64,000 nucleotides of DNA, taken from Lama glama (lineage: Eukaryota). The notes below the pieces were generated by a model that was not told the DNA's origin, made no database searches, and worked only from the letters and a program-made list of their open reading frames with translations. The translations under genes and the position numbers were made by a program. The DNA lies in contig CM052817.1 of NCBI GenBank assembly GCA_028534125.1, positions 10,976,001 to 11,040,000 of the forward strand, in the 5' to 3' direction. Positions 52,929 to 64,000 of this stretch are shown in pieces (the first letter of the stretch is position 1; every line of letters starts with the position of its first letter).

Positions 52929-55478
52929 AATATCACCTTGTTCTAGAAATCTTCCATTGTCCTGATCCTTCACCATTACAAGTTCTACTACTGCCACTGA
53001 ACATCACCATCACCATCACCATCATCACACCCTTGTAGGCTGATTTTGTGCCAGGCACTATTCTAAGCATGCTACATAGATATGTCACTTTATCCTTTCA
53101 ACAAATCTATGGGGCCACCACTTATATCCCAAATTTTATAGATAAACAAAGACTTAACTGCTTCAGTTTGTTAGAATTTCTGAATCTATGAGTACTTACA
53201 TAAAATTTTGAACCAAACAAATATAAGTGTATGTAGGCAACTCCAACTCAAGGTACAACTTTAGCCATTTCAATAAATAAATTATTTTTCAAAAAAAAAC
53301 ATTAAACTGATGTCATTATCTAGAGTAAAGAACTCTAAGTTGCAATGAGAAGGAACGATGCAATTTAAGGTGAAGCTGTTTGGCTGAAAAAAAAATTGAA
53401 ATGAAGGTGAATTTTGAGGATTCTAGATTAAAACTCAAGTACCAGAATCTGGTAAGCACTTTAATTGCCTTCACACATCAATTAGAATTGGGGAAAATCC
53501 AACCTGTAGACACCATTTTAGTTTAAGTATCATGCCATTTCATCAGGTACTTAACATCCTATAATAAAAATCAATGTTACTACTTTATTTTACCCAGTTA
53601 GTCAAAAGGAAAATTGGAGTCCCTGCTCATAAGAAAACAAAACCAAAACAAACACCCCATTATAGTTGTTAAGCTTTTATATAAACACATTACATTTTTA
53701 AAGCATTTGACAAGTAATTAGTTGAACCTAGAATTGAATTTGTTTTATTGTCAGAATGTGGAAGTAAACCTTCCACGGAATAAGTTATTCAACTATTAAA
53801 AGTTGACCAAAAAAAAATTATTGTTAATTGTTTAAACGTCAATAAAATAAAAAAACTTTTGTTTTCCTTTCCAATCAGCCAACATGGGCTGCATGATGTT
53901 CACTGATTCACTTAGTTTCTAACAAAGGTAAGACACGAACACTCAGTGAAGAGGTTAGCCTCCTGAATCGTGAGGCTCTGTGTCGGGTGGTGTCAGAAGA
54001 CCCGCTGGACACAATCGACCCCCTGCAGGACATCCTTTCCGAGCAGAAGATAGACGTTATATTTACTCTGAAACAAGCGCAGCTACACTATGTATCAAAC
54101 AAAATTGCCTAGTTTTTTTGAGATAAAAAAAAACTGTCATCTACTTAAATGTCTCTCTTTTCCCTTTATATCTTGTATGCCTTTTAAATTTTGCATCATT
54201 TTAATGTGTTACCTCTTAGAAAAATAAACTTTGAAGCACATTTCCCAGGAACAAAAGAAGTGGGAGTCTCAGTGATCTTGAAACAGAGAGAGAGGAAACC
54301 AAGAGAACAAAACAGAGGCTCACGTTTCAGACTTTGTCGTGACGTGTGGGCCCTCTGCTCCAGGCTGTTGGATGGAGAAGGAACAGCAGAAATACAGCAT
54401 CCTCTCTAAGTCTGCTGTGATCTGATGGCTTCTGCCAAAGAGCACTCTCCTCGCCTACTTCTGGAATACCCCAGTGAATAATAGAATGAAAATTCAGCGA
54501 AGCTGAGGACTGCTCTGATCTCAGCAGAACCCAAAAGCAAACGTCCCCTCCCCGGTGTTTGGAGGGTAGAATTTGTCAGGTTGTCCCCTCCTCCCCACCC
54601 CTGAGCCAGAGCTCTAGGGCACGTTTCTCTCTAACCCTGGCCCAGGAAGTGGTAGCTATAGTTCCCGCTTTCTCTGCACATTTCATTTTCTCATTACTTT
54701 AAAGTTATTTTATTCTTCTATAGTCTACGACAAGAAAGGAAAGTAGCTGTCATTTTTTAAGAGCCTAAAAAGTACCAGCAGCTCCATACGCACAATCTCT
54801 CTTAAAACCCACCACAACCCTGACTTGGAGGAAGCATTTTAAGCTGAGAACCTTGAGGTCCAGAGAGGTTATGAAATTTCCCTAAAGTCACAGAGCTACA
54901 GTTGGCACAAGGGTTCGAAGCTACTCCATCTGACGTTTCCACTATACCATAACAGGTATTTTCTTTATTAAATCCTGACTGGCTTTCATATCTTTCAAGG
55001 CTAAAAAGTTCATGAGAGAATGAAAATACTTTTTTTCTCAATTTTTTTTAAAATCTTAGATGAGAGAATTTGAGCTCTTTCAATTATAATGATGACAAAT
55101 AGAAAAGAGGAAGAAAATTCATTCCACCAGTTAATGGACATCAAAGTCAGTTCTCCATGCTCCAGGAGACAACATTCTGCCAAGAAATCCACATTTTAAC
55201 TTGACAGTCTTGAGAGGAACAGAGTCTCGAGTTGACTTTCACCAGACAGCACAATGGTTCCTCCCACACAGTATTTCATCTTTTTCTTTCTTATGCTTAT
55301 GGGAGGGAGTTACTGTATTGAAAAGATGGAAGGTTTTGCTGACACACTGACCTGATAAATAGCAGTGAGAGCCTGAGCGAGACATTCATTCAATCAACAC
55401 ATGATTACTGGGCACCTACCAAGTACCAGGCTCTTTCCAGCAACTGTACCGACCCACAGAAACTATGGGGTAATAAAC

Positions 55479-55998
55479 TGTTACTAAATGTGGTCCGGCT
55501 GCTCAACACTCAAAAATCAACATTCGAGAGATGCAACGTTACTAGAAAGGAAAGCTGCTTTTAATCAGAATGCCAGCAATCGGGGAAGATGGTGGACTCA
55601 GTACCCCCAAAGACCATCTCCAAAGAGTCTGTTCAGCCATGAAAATTTTTAAAGGGAACATAGGGAAGTAATCTCAGTTGTCATTGAGATCGGGGGTCAG
55701 AGTCGTTGCCAGCTCCCACTGCGTGCAGGCTTGTCAATTCCTTGTGAACTTTCCTTAGTTGCTATCTTGTTCACAGTTTGCTTGTGAGATTACTGAAGGG
55801 GAGGCTAGGAAGAGATCTGGTCATCTGTTTATTACTTATTCTCCATTTCTACTTCTTTGATCTAAGAAAGAACCAACATGTTAGGCAAGGTATTGTGTGA
55901 TCAAAAGAAAGGCATGGGAAGGTGTGCCTGGTTTAAGATGAGTGGCAAGACAAAGGCGCCTCCTGCAGAGAGCTCTTTCCTGCCAAAAGCTGCTTACA
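55479..55998 (-). mobile_element. ERV1-type solo LTR (520 bp)
   Basis: Termini tgtta...ttaca; 4-bp TSD aaac at 55475-55478 and 55999-56002; ATTAAA on the minus strand at about 55560; interrupts an MLT1 3' end. Confidence 0.8.
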
Positions 55999-57288
55999 AA
56001 ACGTGTGTTGCCTTAAGTTTGTGGCAATTTGTTACATAGCAGCAGAAAACAATACAAAGCACAAAAACAGGCTGCCGTGAGAAAGCCCAGAGAGAAGGCT
56101 TGAGACTAGGTGGTAAGAATAGACCCATCTGAGGAATCACATCTAAGCAGAGACCTGAGATGAGCGGGATCAGCCAGGGATGTTGGGGGAAGAGAATTAC
56201 AAATCCCTTCACTTTAAATGAGCCCCATTTTCCTCAGATGGAAAATGAGAATTTTCTCTAGGTACCCACCAACAACTGCCTACCTCGTACAGTCGTTCTG
56301 AGGACTAAGTGAAACAGTGTGTGTGATGTGCTTTGCATGGTTCAAACAACAAGCCCAATCACAGTGATGGTTGGTGGAGATATAATTACCACCAGTATTT
56401 TATGAATAAAGTACTACTACTGAGTGGTACCCAGTGGTCAAAAAAATTAAGGATGGGCATTTCCTGTCCGTAGATTCTACTCTCTGTAACCCTTCTCTGG
56501 CTGGTCAGGCCTTCCTAGGATTTCTCACGCAGGCAGGGAGAAGCTGCTGGGTGAGCCCTCTTCGAATCATTTTGCAGATACATTTGTTTCTCTGCCGCAA
56601 GCTACCGTGGCATTACTGGTTGGCTTTCTTATCAGCAAATAGCAAATAATTCCACACTTAGCTCTGGCAGCCCTGCTTTCTGATTCAGTTCACACCCATC
56701 TGTCTAATTAAAATGCACTTCCCACAGGCAGGGATTATGACATAGCTCTCTTTATGTTCACAACACCATGGAAGGTCCTAGAGTGGCTAACTCATCCTCT
56801 GCCCCAGCACCACACACATCAATGTCTGAAGGACCAGCTCCTAAACACCCTCCAGGACCCAGCTCAGAGTCACAGCCCCTGAGAAATCATCCCCCACTCC
56901 AGGAGGTAGAATTAATAATCTCTCTTCTCTGACCTTGAACCTGCTTCCATCATTGCACACATCAGACTGTATCACGATTTATTCATTGAAGCTGTCTCCT
57001 CAACTAGCTATTTCTTGAGCTCTAACACCATTTTGAAAGCCTACTGTGTGCCAGAATCTGGGGACTCAGTAATGAATCCAACACAGCCCCTGCCCTGGAG
57101 GGGAGGCATGATGTAAGCAAGGGGTCTGAACATACTATGGTAAATGCTTCGATCCACAGGTGCCCCAGGTGCTTTCCATCTGAGAGGACAGTAGCTGAGC
57201 CCTTAGAGAGCCCTGGAGAGTCTAAAAAGTCTTCCTGGAGGAAGCAGCAGGGGATTTGAGCCTTGAAGGATGGGAAACGGTTAGGCAG

Positions 57289-57642
57289 TGCTATGGGATG
57301 GACTGCGTCTCCCTCAAATTCATATGTTGAAACCATAACCCTCAATGTAATGGTGTTTGGAAAGGGAGACTCTGGGAGGCAGTTAAGATTAGATGAGGTC
57401 ATGAGAGTAAAGCCTTAACCATGGGATTAGTGCCTTTTACAAGAAGATACACCAAAGAACTTGCTCTCTCTCTCACATACAATGGGAAGGTGACTGTCTG
57501 CAAACCAGGAGAAGAGTTTTCAGAAATCAACCACACCGGCACCCTGATCTTGAACTTTCAAGAACTATGAGAAACAAATCTCTGTAGTTTAAGCCATCCA
57601 GTCTATGGTATTTTGTTGTGGCAGCCTGAGCATCCCGGGACA
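57289..57642 (+). mobile_element. MLT1A-like solo LTR inside L2
   Basis: tgctatgg...caaattcatatgttgaaacc...ttagatgaggtcatgag...gtctatggtattttgttgtggcagcctgagc. Confidence 0.85.
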
Positions 57643-57809
57643 GATGGGCAAAGAGTGATGAAGACGGATTTACATTAGAGGCAGCCGCTTAAGCAAAGTC
57701 ACGGAAGCACTAATCAGCACCAAGTGTGGGGCAGGGGTGGCTATCAGAACTTCATGTGACAAGTGTGCAAAATTGAGATAAACAAGAATGTGTTTCCCAG
57801 GTGATGATG

Positions 57810-58280
57810 GCAGTAAATGCCCAGGTGACAAGAACCCCCTTTCTCTGAGAAGCCATCTTCATCTGCAAGATTAAGCTCCCAGCAACCATGTGTCTATCGC
57901 ATGACCCTCCTGGGCAGTTTTTTTGACTGTGATGCCAAGTGACCCAAGCTGAGCCAATCAGATCCTCTCTGGTAAATTCGGGGTTGGTATGAAAATCTGC
58001 CAATAAGACCGGGCTGTTCTCTTGAACAGAGGTGAAAATGCAAAGGCTATGTGGTGGCCATGCATGGAGAGAAGCGTAACAATCCGTTCTCAGAACAAGA
58101 AGAGTAAAGCAATGTGCCTGGCAAAGCAGCAGCCAGAAAACAGAGGAATGTTTAGAGTCCTTTCCAGTTTTGGCCTCCAGTCACTTGAAACATCCCAGAA
58201 ACCTTCTGATAAACTGTCTTTTTTCCTTATATGTTTAAGTTGGTTTGACTTAGTGTCTATCACAGCTACCAAAAACGCTG
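57810..58280 (+). mobile_element. Old MLT1 (K/L-like) LTR
   Basis: gtgacccaagctgagccaatcaga and 3' ataaactgtcttttt...tttaagttggtttga. Confidence 0.55.
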
Positions 58281-58289
58281 ATGTGTCTA

Positions 58290-59425
58290 CATCTCTGTCT
58301 AAGGACCCCCTTCTTTTATTCATCTTCTCTTTCTTCTTAGATAATCATCACATAGCCCCTGGATAAAAATACCATTTATATTCCCTCAAGTGCCAAATTT
58401 GCCTCCTTCTCTCCCAGATCCAACTGTCTACTTCACATCTTCACTTGAATTAGCTAAAATATCTCAAACATGTCACGTCCGCAAGAATTCTCTAATCCCA
58501 ACTTCTCTCCTAAACCTTTTCCCTCAAGCTTTTCCCATCTCAGTAAATGACACCAGTATCTGCCATTCCTTAAGCCAAACCCTGGGAATTATTCTTGATT
58601 ATTTTTTCTTTCTCTCATTTCCCTCATTCAGTCTTTTAAGAAGTCTTACCATCTCTATTTACAATCTCTATCTCAAACCTATCCAGGTCTCTCCACCTTC
58701 ACCACCCTAAGTCCAAGCCACCAAAATCTCATACTATTGTGACTCAGTCATCTCCTGACTTCTCTCCCTCTGCCATTCTTCCTGAGCCTCTACCTTTTCT
58801 CCACTCCAACCAGCAGATACACACATCATTATTCTCAGAGCTGCCAGAATAATCCTTTTAGAACATAAGTCTAGTCATGCCACTCAACCACTTAAAGCCT
58901 TGTAATAGCTTCCCATTGCATCTAAGAAAAAGTGTCATAGTCTGTAAGTCCTTATATGATCTGGTCCCTGTCTGACTTTTCTCATATTACTCTCCTCCTT
59001 GCTTACCAAGCTTCAGAAACTGGTTTCTGTTGCTGTATTTTTTTTTCTTTTAAACATATCTAGGTATTTTTCACCTCAGGTCCTTTATATCTATTGGTTC
59101 CACTGTATCCTCTGTCTCCTCCTTTCCATCATTCAAGGACCAGTTCAAATGGTAACTCTCCAGAGAGGATGTCTTGATCACAGGTATAAATTAGGACCAA
59201 GATTAACTATCTCACATGTTGCTCTATTTCTTTCAAGCACTTATAGTAATCTGAAAAGATCTTGTTATTTGTTGTTTAGCTGATTGTTACCTGAATTCTC
59301 CCACTAGTAACGTAATCACCATGGAGATAGGTACCCTGTCTGTCTCATTCACTCGTAACCCAGTACCAAGCCCAAAGCCTGGCAAACAGTAAGCACTCAA
59401 TGAACATCTGTTGAGTAAATAGATG
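58290..59425 (+). mobile_element. L2 LINE 3' portion
   Basis: ttcccatctcagtaaatgaca, gtccaagccacca and tail cctggcaaacagtaagcactcaatgaacatctgttgagtaaat. Confidence 0.8.
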
Positions 59426-61247
59426 AAGCCAAAAACAACACTGAAGAGTTTTAAACAGGAGAGTAACATGAAACACCTTGCATGGATCATCTATGCCCAT
59501 AATGACAGCATGGGGGATGGATTAAAGGTGGGAAGAGTCCATGTTTTATTGATCTGTGTGACCCCATTGTCTAGCATTGGACAATCTGGTCTACTATTAC
59601 ATAATAATGAGATTACCAAGCAACGTCATCTTACCAAAAATCTCATTAAAAACACTTGTTTGGTTAAGAGATGGAGAGTTAGAGATATATAATACAAAGG
59701 TGTTTTTCTTGTATGCGTTTCATTAAAAAAGGCATAGTTTTAGTTGAACATGCATTTTACTAAGGCAAAAATAGTTAATTTTTCAAAATGAACAAAAACA
59801 AATTAAAACATCACTTGAACTCACCAAAATGTTTTTAATAAATTCTCATGAAACCCTTTGAATTTTAGAGTTTGAGTTTGAAGGAGATTTTAAGATGATC
59901 TAGTTCAGCCATCTCAAAGAACAGATGTGGTAACAATACCAGAGAAACTCAGTGTTCAAGAACAGAGCCCAAGCTATCACCCAAACATCTGACCTTTCCT
60001 CCTGGACGCCATCCTTTCTACCACCTTGAGTTAAGAAGGTGACACTAAGGGCAGAGTTGGCAAGATGGTGCCCCAAGTCAACTCATGTCAAAGTGGACAA
60101 AAAGCCACTGGGCTGTTGGAAGCTGAAAATTCAGGCTCTGACTTTTATTATTTGTTTCTTAGAAGAAGATATTTCCTAATCTCAATAAAAGTGGATATTT
60201 CCCCCAAAAGAAAAGGAAAGCCAAGTCTCGCTTTACATTGGCAAGCCCAGTTTGAGCTCTTTTATAGTCCGCAACCAGATGTGCATTTAGAGGAACCATC
60301 TGTTCCATTCAGGATGCAAAATCAACCACATATAAGGCAACTCTCGCCCCAACTTCTTCTCTGAATGGGAAAGGAAATAATGGAGTAAACCATAAAACAG
60401 AAGTTGAAGAGATAGATAGGTAATTAGGTAGATAACACAACAGAAATTGCAATAGATGTAGGTGTTTGATAAAAGCTGGCAGACGAAACAGGTGTTAAGA
60501 CTGTGGTTCCATGTGTTTCAATTAGAAAATTCTCAGTCACTGAGGCTTCGGGGAAAGTCTGGCAGTTTGGAAGTTTTTGCTCACAGTCATGTTCATCTCA
60601 TAGACACCTACGTCCGTATCATTATTTTTTGGCCTTTGACTTCACATTCTAACTTTCTCTTCCTTCCTTCCTATTATTGCTTAAAAGTTTGTAGCCTTTA
60701 TTTAAATAAAAATTCACTTTGTTTTTAGCTACATCCCTCCAGGAAAATAAACACCAGAAGAGTTACATTTGGCGAATTATAGAAAACTGCTCCTGAATAT
60801 TTTCACCATACCAGTAGCCTGCTTAGAGCTTTAAAATAGATTCTCCTATTTCAATGTTGTTTTTAGGCTGATTGGAGTGCAGCTGGAGTAACACATTATT
60901 CACCATGTGGAAAGTTCTTTTGATACGTGACAAACTATATCTAGCTATTAACCCAAATCCAAGAATGTGGGGCCAAGTGTAACTTCTGCTTTAAAACCCT
61001 ATTTCCCACAAATATGTGTTAGTGTTATCAACAGCCTTGAATCAGGAAGGATTACAAGATTATGACTATTTTACTGGAGAATTACATGAACTTTATTCTA
61101 CTGTTTTGAGTATGTGTAAGCAATCTTTCATGCATTTTTTTAATTATCAACAATTACTGAGCACTCATTCTGTGCTGGAAACTGGGCTAAATACTGAAAA
61201 TACCAAAAGGATTCATAGTTACTTCCACAGCTCCCGTCTACAGAACC

Positions 61248-62116
61248 CAAGGGGTTAGTGTCACAGTTAGACCCTAAGGCAGTTCCCCTACCATTCCCAC
61301 CTCCTGATTTTCATAACCTTTGCATGATCTCTTGCCCTTGAATGTAGGCAGGATCTGTGACTTGCTTCTAATCAATTCAATATGGCAAAGGTGATGGGTC
61401 ATCACTCTCTGTGATTAGGTTACATCGTATAAGGCTCCTTGCTGGCTAGATGAAGTACGCAGCCATGTGGAGGAAGCCCACACACCAAGGGACTACAGTT
61501 GACCAGGAGCTAAAGGGCGGGGCCCTCGCTCATACAGTCATACAGCCCCAGGAAATGAATTCTGCCAACAGCCTCCGCGAACTCGGAAGTAGATTCTTGC
61601 CTAGTCAAGTACCTGGATGAAAACACAACCTGGCTGACACCTTGACTGTAGCCTTTTCAGACTCCAAGTAGAGGACGCAGCTAAGCCGCGCCTGAGCTCC
61701 TGGCCCATGGAAACTGTGAAATAATAAGTGTGTGCTGGTTTCAGCTGCTCAATTTGTGGTAATTTGTGGCAATAGAAAACTAACACCACCAACTGTAGCC
61801 TATGAGCCAAATCGGTTCTGCTGCCTATTTTTGTACGCCCTGCAAGCTAAGGATCATTTTTTACATTTTGAAGTCATTAAAATAAATCAAAAGAAGAATA
61901 TTTGGTGACACATGAAAATTATATGTGAAATTCCAATTTCAGTGTCCCTAAGTAGTTTTATTGGAAGACAGCCACACACATTCCTTTGTGTCTTCTCTGG
62001 GGCTGCTCACACACTACAATGGCACAATTGCGTAGGTGTGACAGAGACCAGATAAACCAAAGAGCCTAAAATATTTACTATCTGGCCTTTTCATAAAAAA
62101 AAAGTGGTGGCCCTTG
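61248..62116 (+). mobile_element. MER58B MITE split by an MLT1 LTR
   Basis: Left end caaggggttag; body resumes at about 61787 (gccaaatc...atcaaaagaagaata...gcctaaaatatttactatctggcc). Confidence 0.8.
61259..61786 (+). mobile_element. MLT1E-like solo LTR
   Basis: ctgtgacttgcttctaa...tatggcaaaggtgatggg...aatgaattctgccaaca...gcaatagaaaactaacaca. Confidence 0.8.
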
Positions 62117-63745
62117 ATCTATTGGAAGGGACAGATATATAAATAGATAAATTACAAGCTCAGAAGAGCCAGGGAAGCTGGATCCTACTGTTGAGTAAGA
62201 GAATTTTCCAGATGGAAAGAGAAGGAAGGATATCACAGAGGAGGGGTCAAAAGTGGAAAAATCACAGAGATATGAAAGGGTTCAGAGATCAGAAAGTGGT
62301 GAGAAACTCCCAAAAGCCTGGAGTCCTGTCCACCATTCTACAGCTCGGTGGATTTCTGAAGCCCCAGTTGAGTGCTGTTAGATCAGACACCAAGCTTTGG
62401 GGAAATTATTGCATATAATAAGATCTGCAGCTTAATCCATATCTCTACACTTTTACTGTGGTTTGCCCGGGGCTCTTGGCCAAATCATGTCACACATGCT
62501 TCTGCCGAAATGAGTCTGATGATACAGCTGCATCCTCGCTTCCAAAAGCCATAAAATCCGCAAATGATTACTTTCCAAATTGGAAAGCATTAATATTGCT
62601 CTGCCATTCTTGTTTGGGGTGTTGGGGCCGGGGGACAGATACCTCTACAGTCGAGTGGCTACAGATCATAGTCTGTTATTGGGTTAAAGATTCAGTTTCA
62701 CCTCATTTTTTTCGAATGCTCTACTCCAACCTTCTCTGACACATCTGTTCATTTGTAACTGGCACTGAAGTTTGAAAAAAATGCACATAGTCAAAGCACC
62801 ACCCAGGGAAGATCAGTTAGCTGGCTCTGAGAGACCTTACAGGGTGAATTTGTCAGGGTCTGGCTGTCAGCTTCTGAGTCTAGAATCCCCTCATCAGTGT
62901 CATTTCTGTCTGATCAGTATCATCATTGTTGTATCTCTCAGATTTTATCAAGGGCAGTAGCGTTGGGTGCCTCCAAACTAAGTGACCCCAAACCACTGCA
63001 CATTCTGTGACTGCACATTACAATTTTTCTGTCTCCTTTGTGTTCTTGGATGTGTGGGCACCTCTCCTTTCCATTGGTCACCTTCCAGTAGATCCACATT
63101 GCCCATTTCTAAATTGCTAAGAGCCAGAGGGATAATTCAGGCCTTAAAATTGTGTATAAAACAACAATCCACAAACAAAGAGTGAGGGTCTAGAGGGTTC
63201 ATCAGTTACTTAAATTGCAGGAGTTTACTATCTTCAGCTGGTGTCCTCCCTTTGGCTGCCCAGAAGGATTTTATCCTCTTGCATAGTTGCCAGTTGTGTC
63301 CCAGGTAGCTAAGTTCCATGCAGGTTAGAAGCTACTTCTCTGCTCTTGCGACGCTCAGGGACAACAGAGCATGCTTGCCAAGGGAAAACACACCTCTCTC
63401 ATGCAAATGATTTACCTTCATTCAGGACATAGATTTTACAGATCGCTCTACCTATCTTATGGATTGTAAGACTTTCTATTCAATGTCCTTCAACTTAGAT
63501 CAAAGATTGAGGAATTCAGCCAACTGATTAAACCAAGCTTGGCTGTCTGGATGCCAGAGTGTCCTCACATAGTACTTCTCCCCTGCCCCCACTTCCTTCC
63601 CTGGGCTCCGCCCAGCTAAACTGCCCCAGTTCAGGGGGTAGGAACTAGCAAGATCTTACTATTTACTATTACTTTATTTCAGTCTTAAAATACGGGAGGT
63701 AGGACAGAAAAGGGGCAGGGGATTCTATTCAAATATACATGAACT

Positions 63746-63856
63746 TAGTGACCCAGGTGCTGATCTGCCCAGGACTGGGGAGGTTCCCAGGATGCAGGAA
63801 TTTCAATGCTAAAACCAGAAAAGGTCCAGACAAACAGGGATAAGCTGGCCTCCCTG
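63746..63856. mobile_element. MER81-like hAT-Blackjack MITE
   Basis: gtgacc...cccaggactggggaggttcccaggatgcaggaatttcaatgctaaaacc...ctccct. Confidence 0.55.
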
Positions 63857-64000
63857 TATGTGATGTTAATCATGGCCATGATTTTTTTTAGGAATCCATA
63901 ACTGAACTGAAAAGGGAAAAAGAAGGTGATTTTCTAGCAAAAGTAAAAAGGGAAAAGTCATTAAGAGGCTCCAGGTGGTTCCATTGATTGGGAAAGTTTA

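Noticed and set aside
53897..54112. Stop-free frame (...SEEVSLLNREALCRVVSEDPLDTIDPLQDILSEQK...)
   Set aside because: No ATG, no well-matched splice sites and no homologue I recognise; a frame of this length is expected by chance.
1..64000. CRISPR arrays, operons or prokaryotic-type defence systems
   Set aside because: The sequence is mammalian and repeat-rich, with no regularly spaced direct repeats and no gene-dense ORF runs.

Overview
This is mammalian non-coding DNA (intergenic or deep intronic). It is most likely camelid, inferred from four tRNA-Ala-headed SINEs resembling the camelid vic-1 type. I recognise no cellular protein-coding gene; the only clearly protein-derived ORFs are LINE-1 ORF2 C-terminal remnants. 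The window is a mosaic of ancient eutherian repeats (MIR, L2, MLT1, MER20/33/58/63/5, L1M) and younger insertions with intact target-site duplications (TSDs): L1 3' ends, SINEs and an ERV1-type solo LTR. A 500-N assembly gap lies at 49023-49522. The best-supported notable items are a full-length U6 snRNA/L1 chimeric retrocopy with a 14-bp TSD (25594-26048), a consensus-grade CTCF motif inside a MER20 (6280-6298), and an old L1 with a 5'-inversion-like structure (16068-17063). More speculative are a two-exon minus-strand 61-aa ORF with a hydrophobic C-terminus (44531-44507 joined to 39532-39372), a tail-to-tail L2 hairpin, and several exon-like or enhancer-like repeat-free islands. I found no convincing new biological system. 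Repeat subfamily names come from recalled consensus sequences, not a database search, and boundaries of old repeats are approximate.
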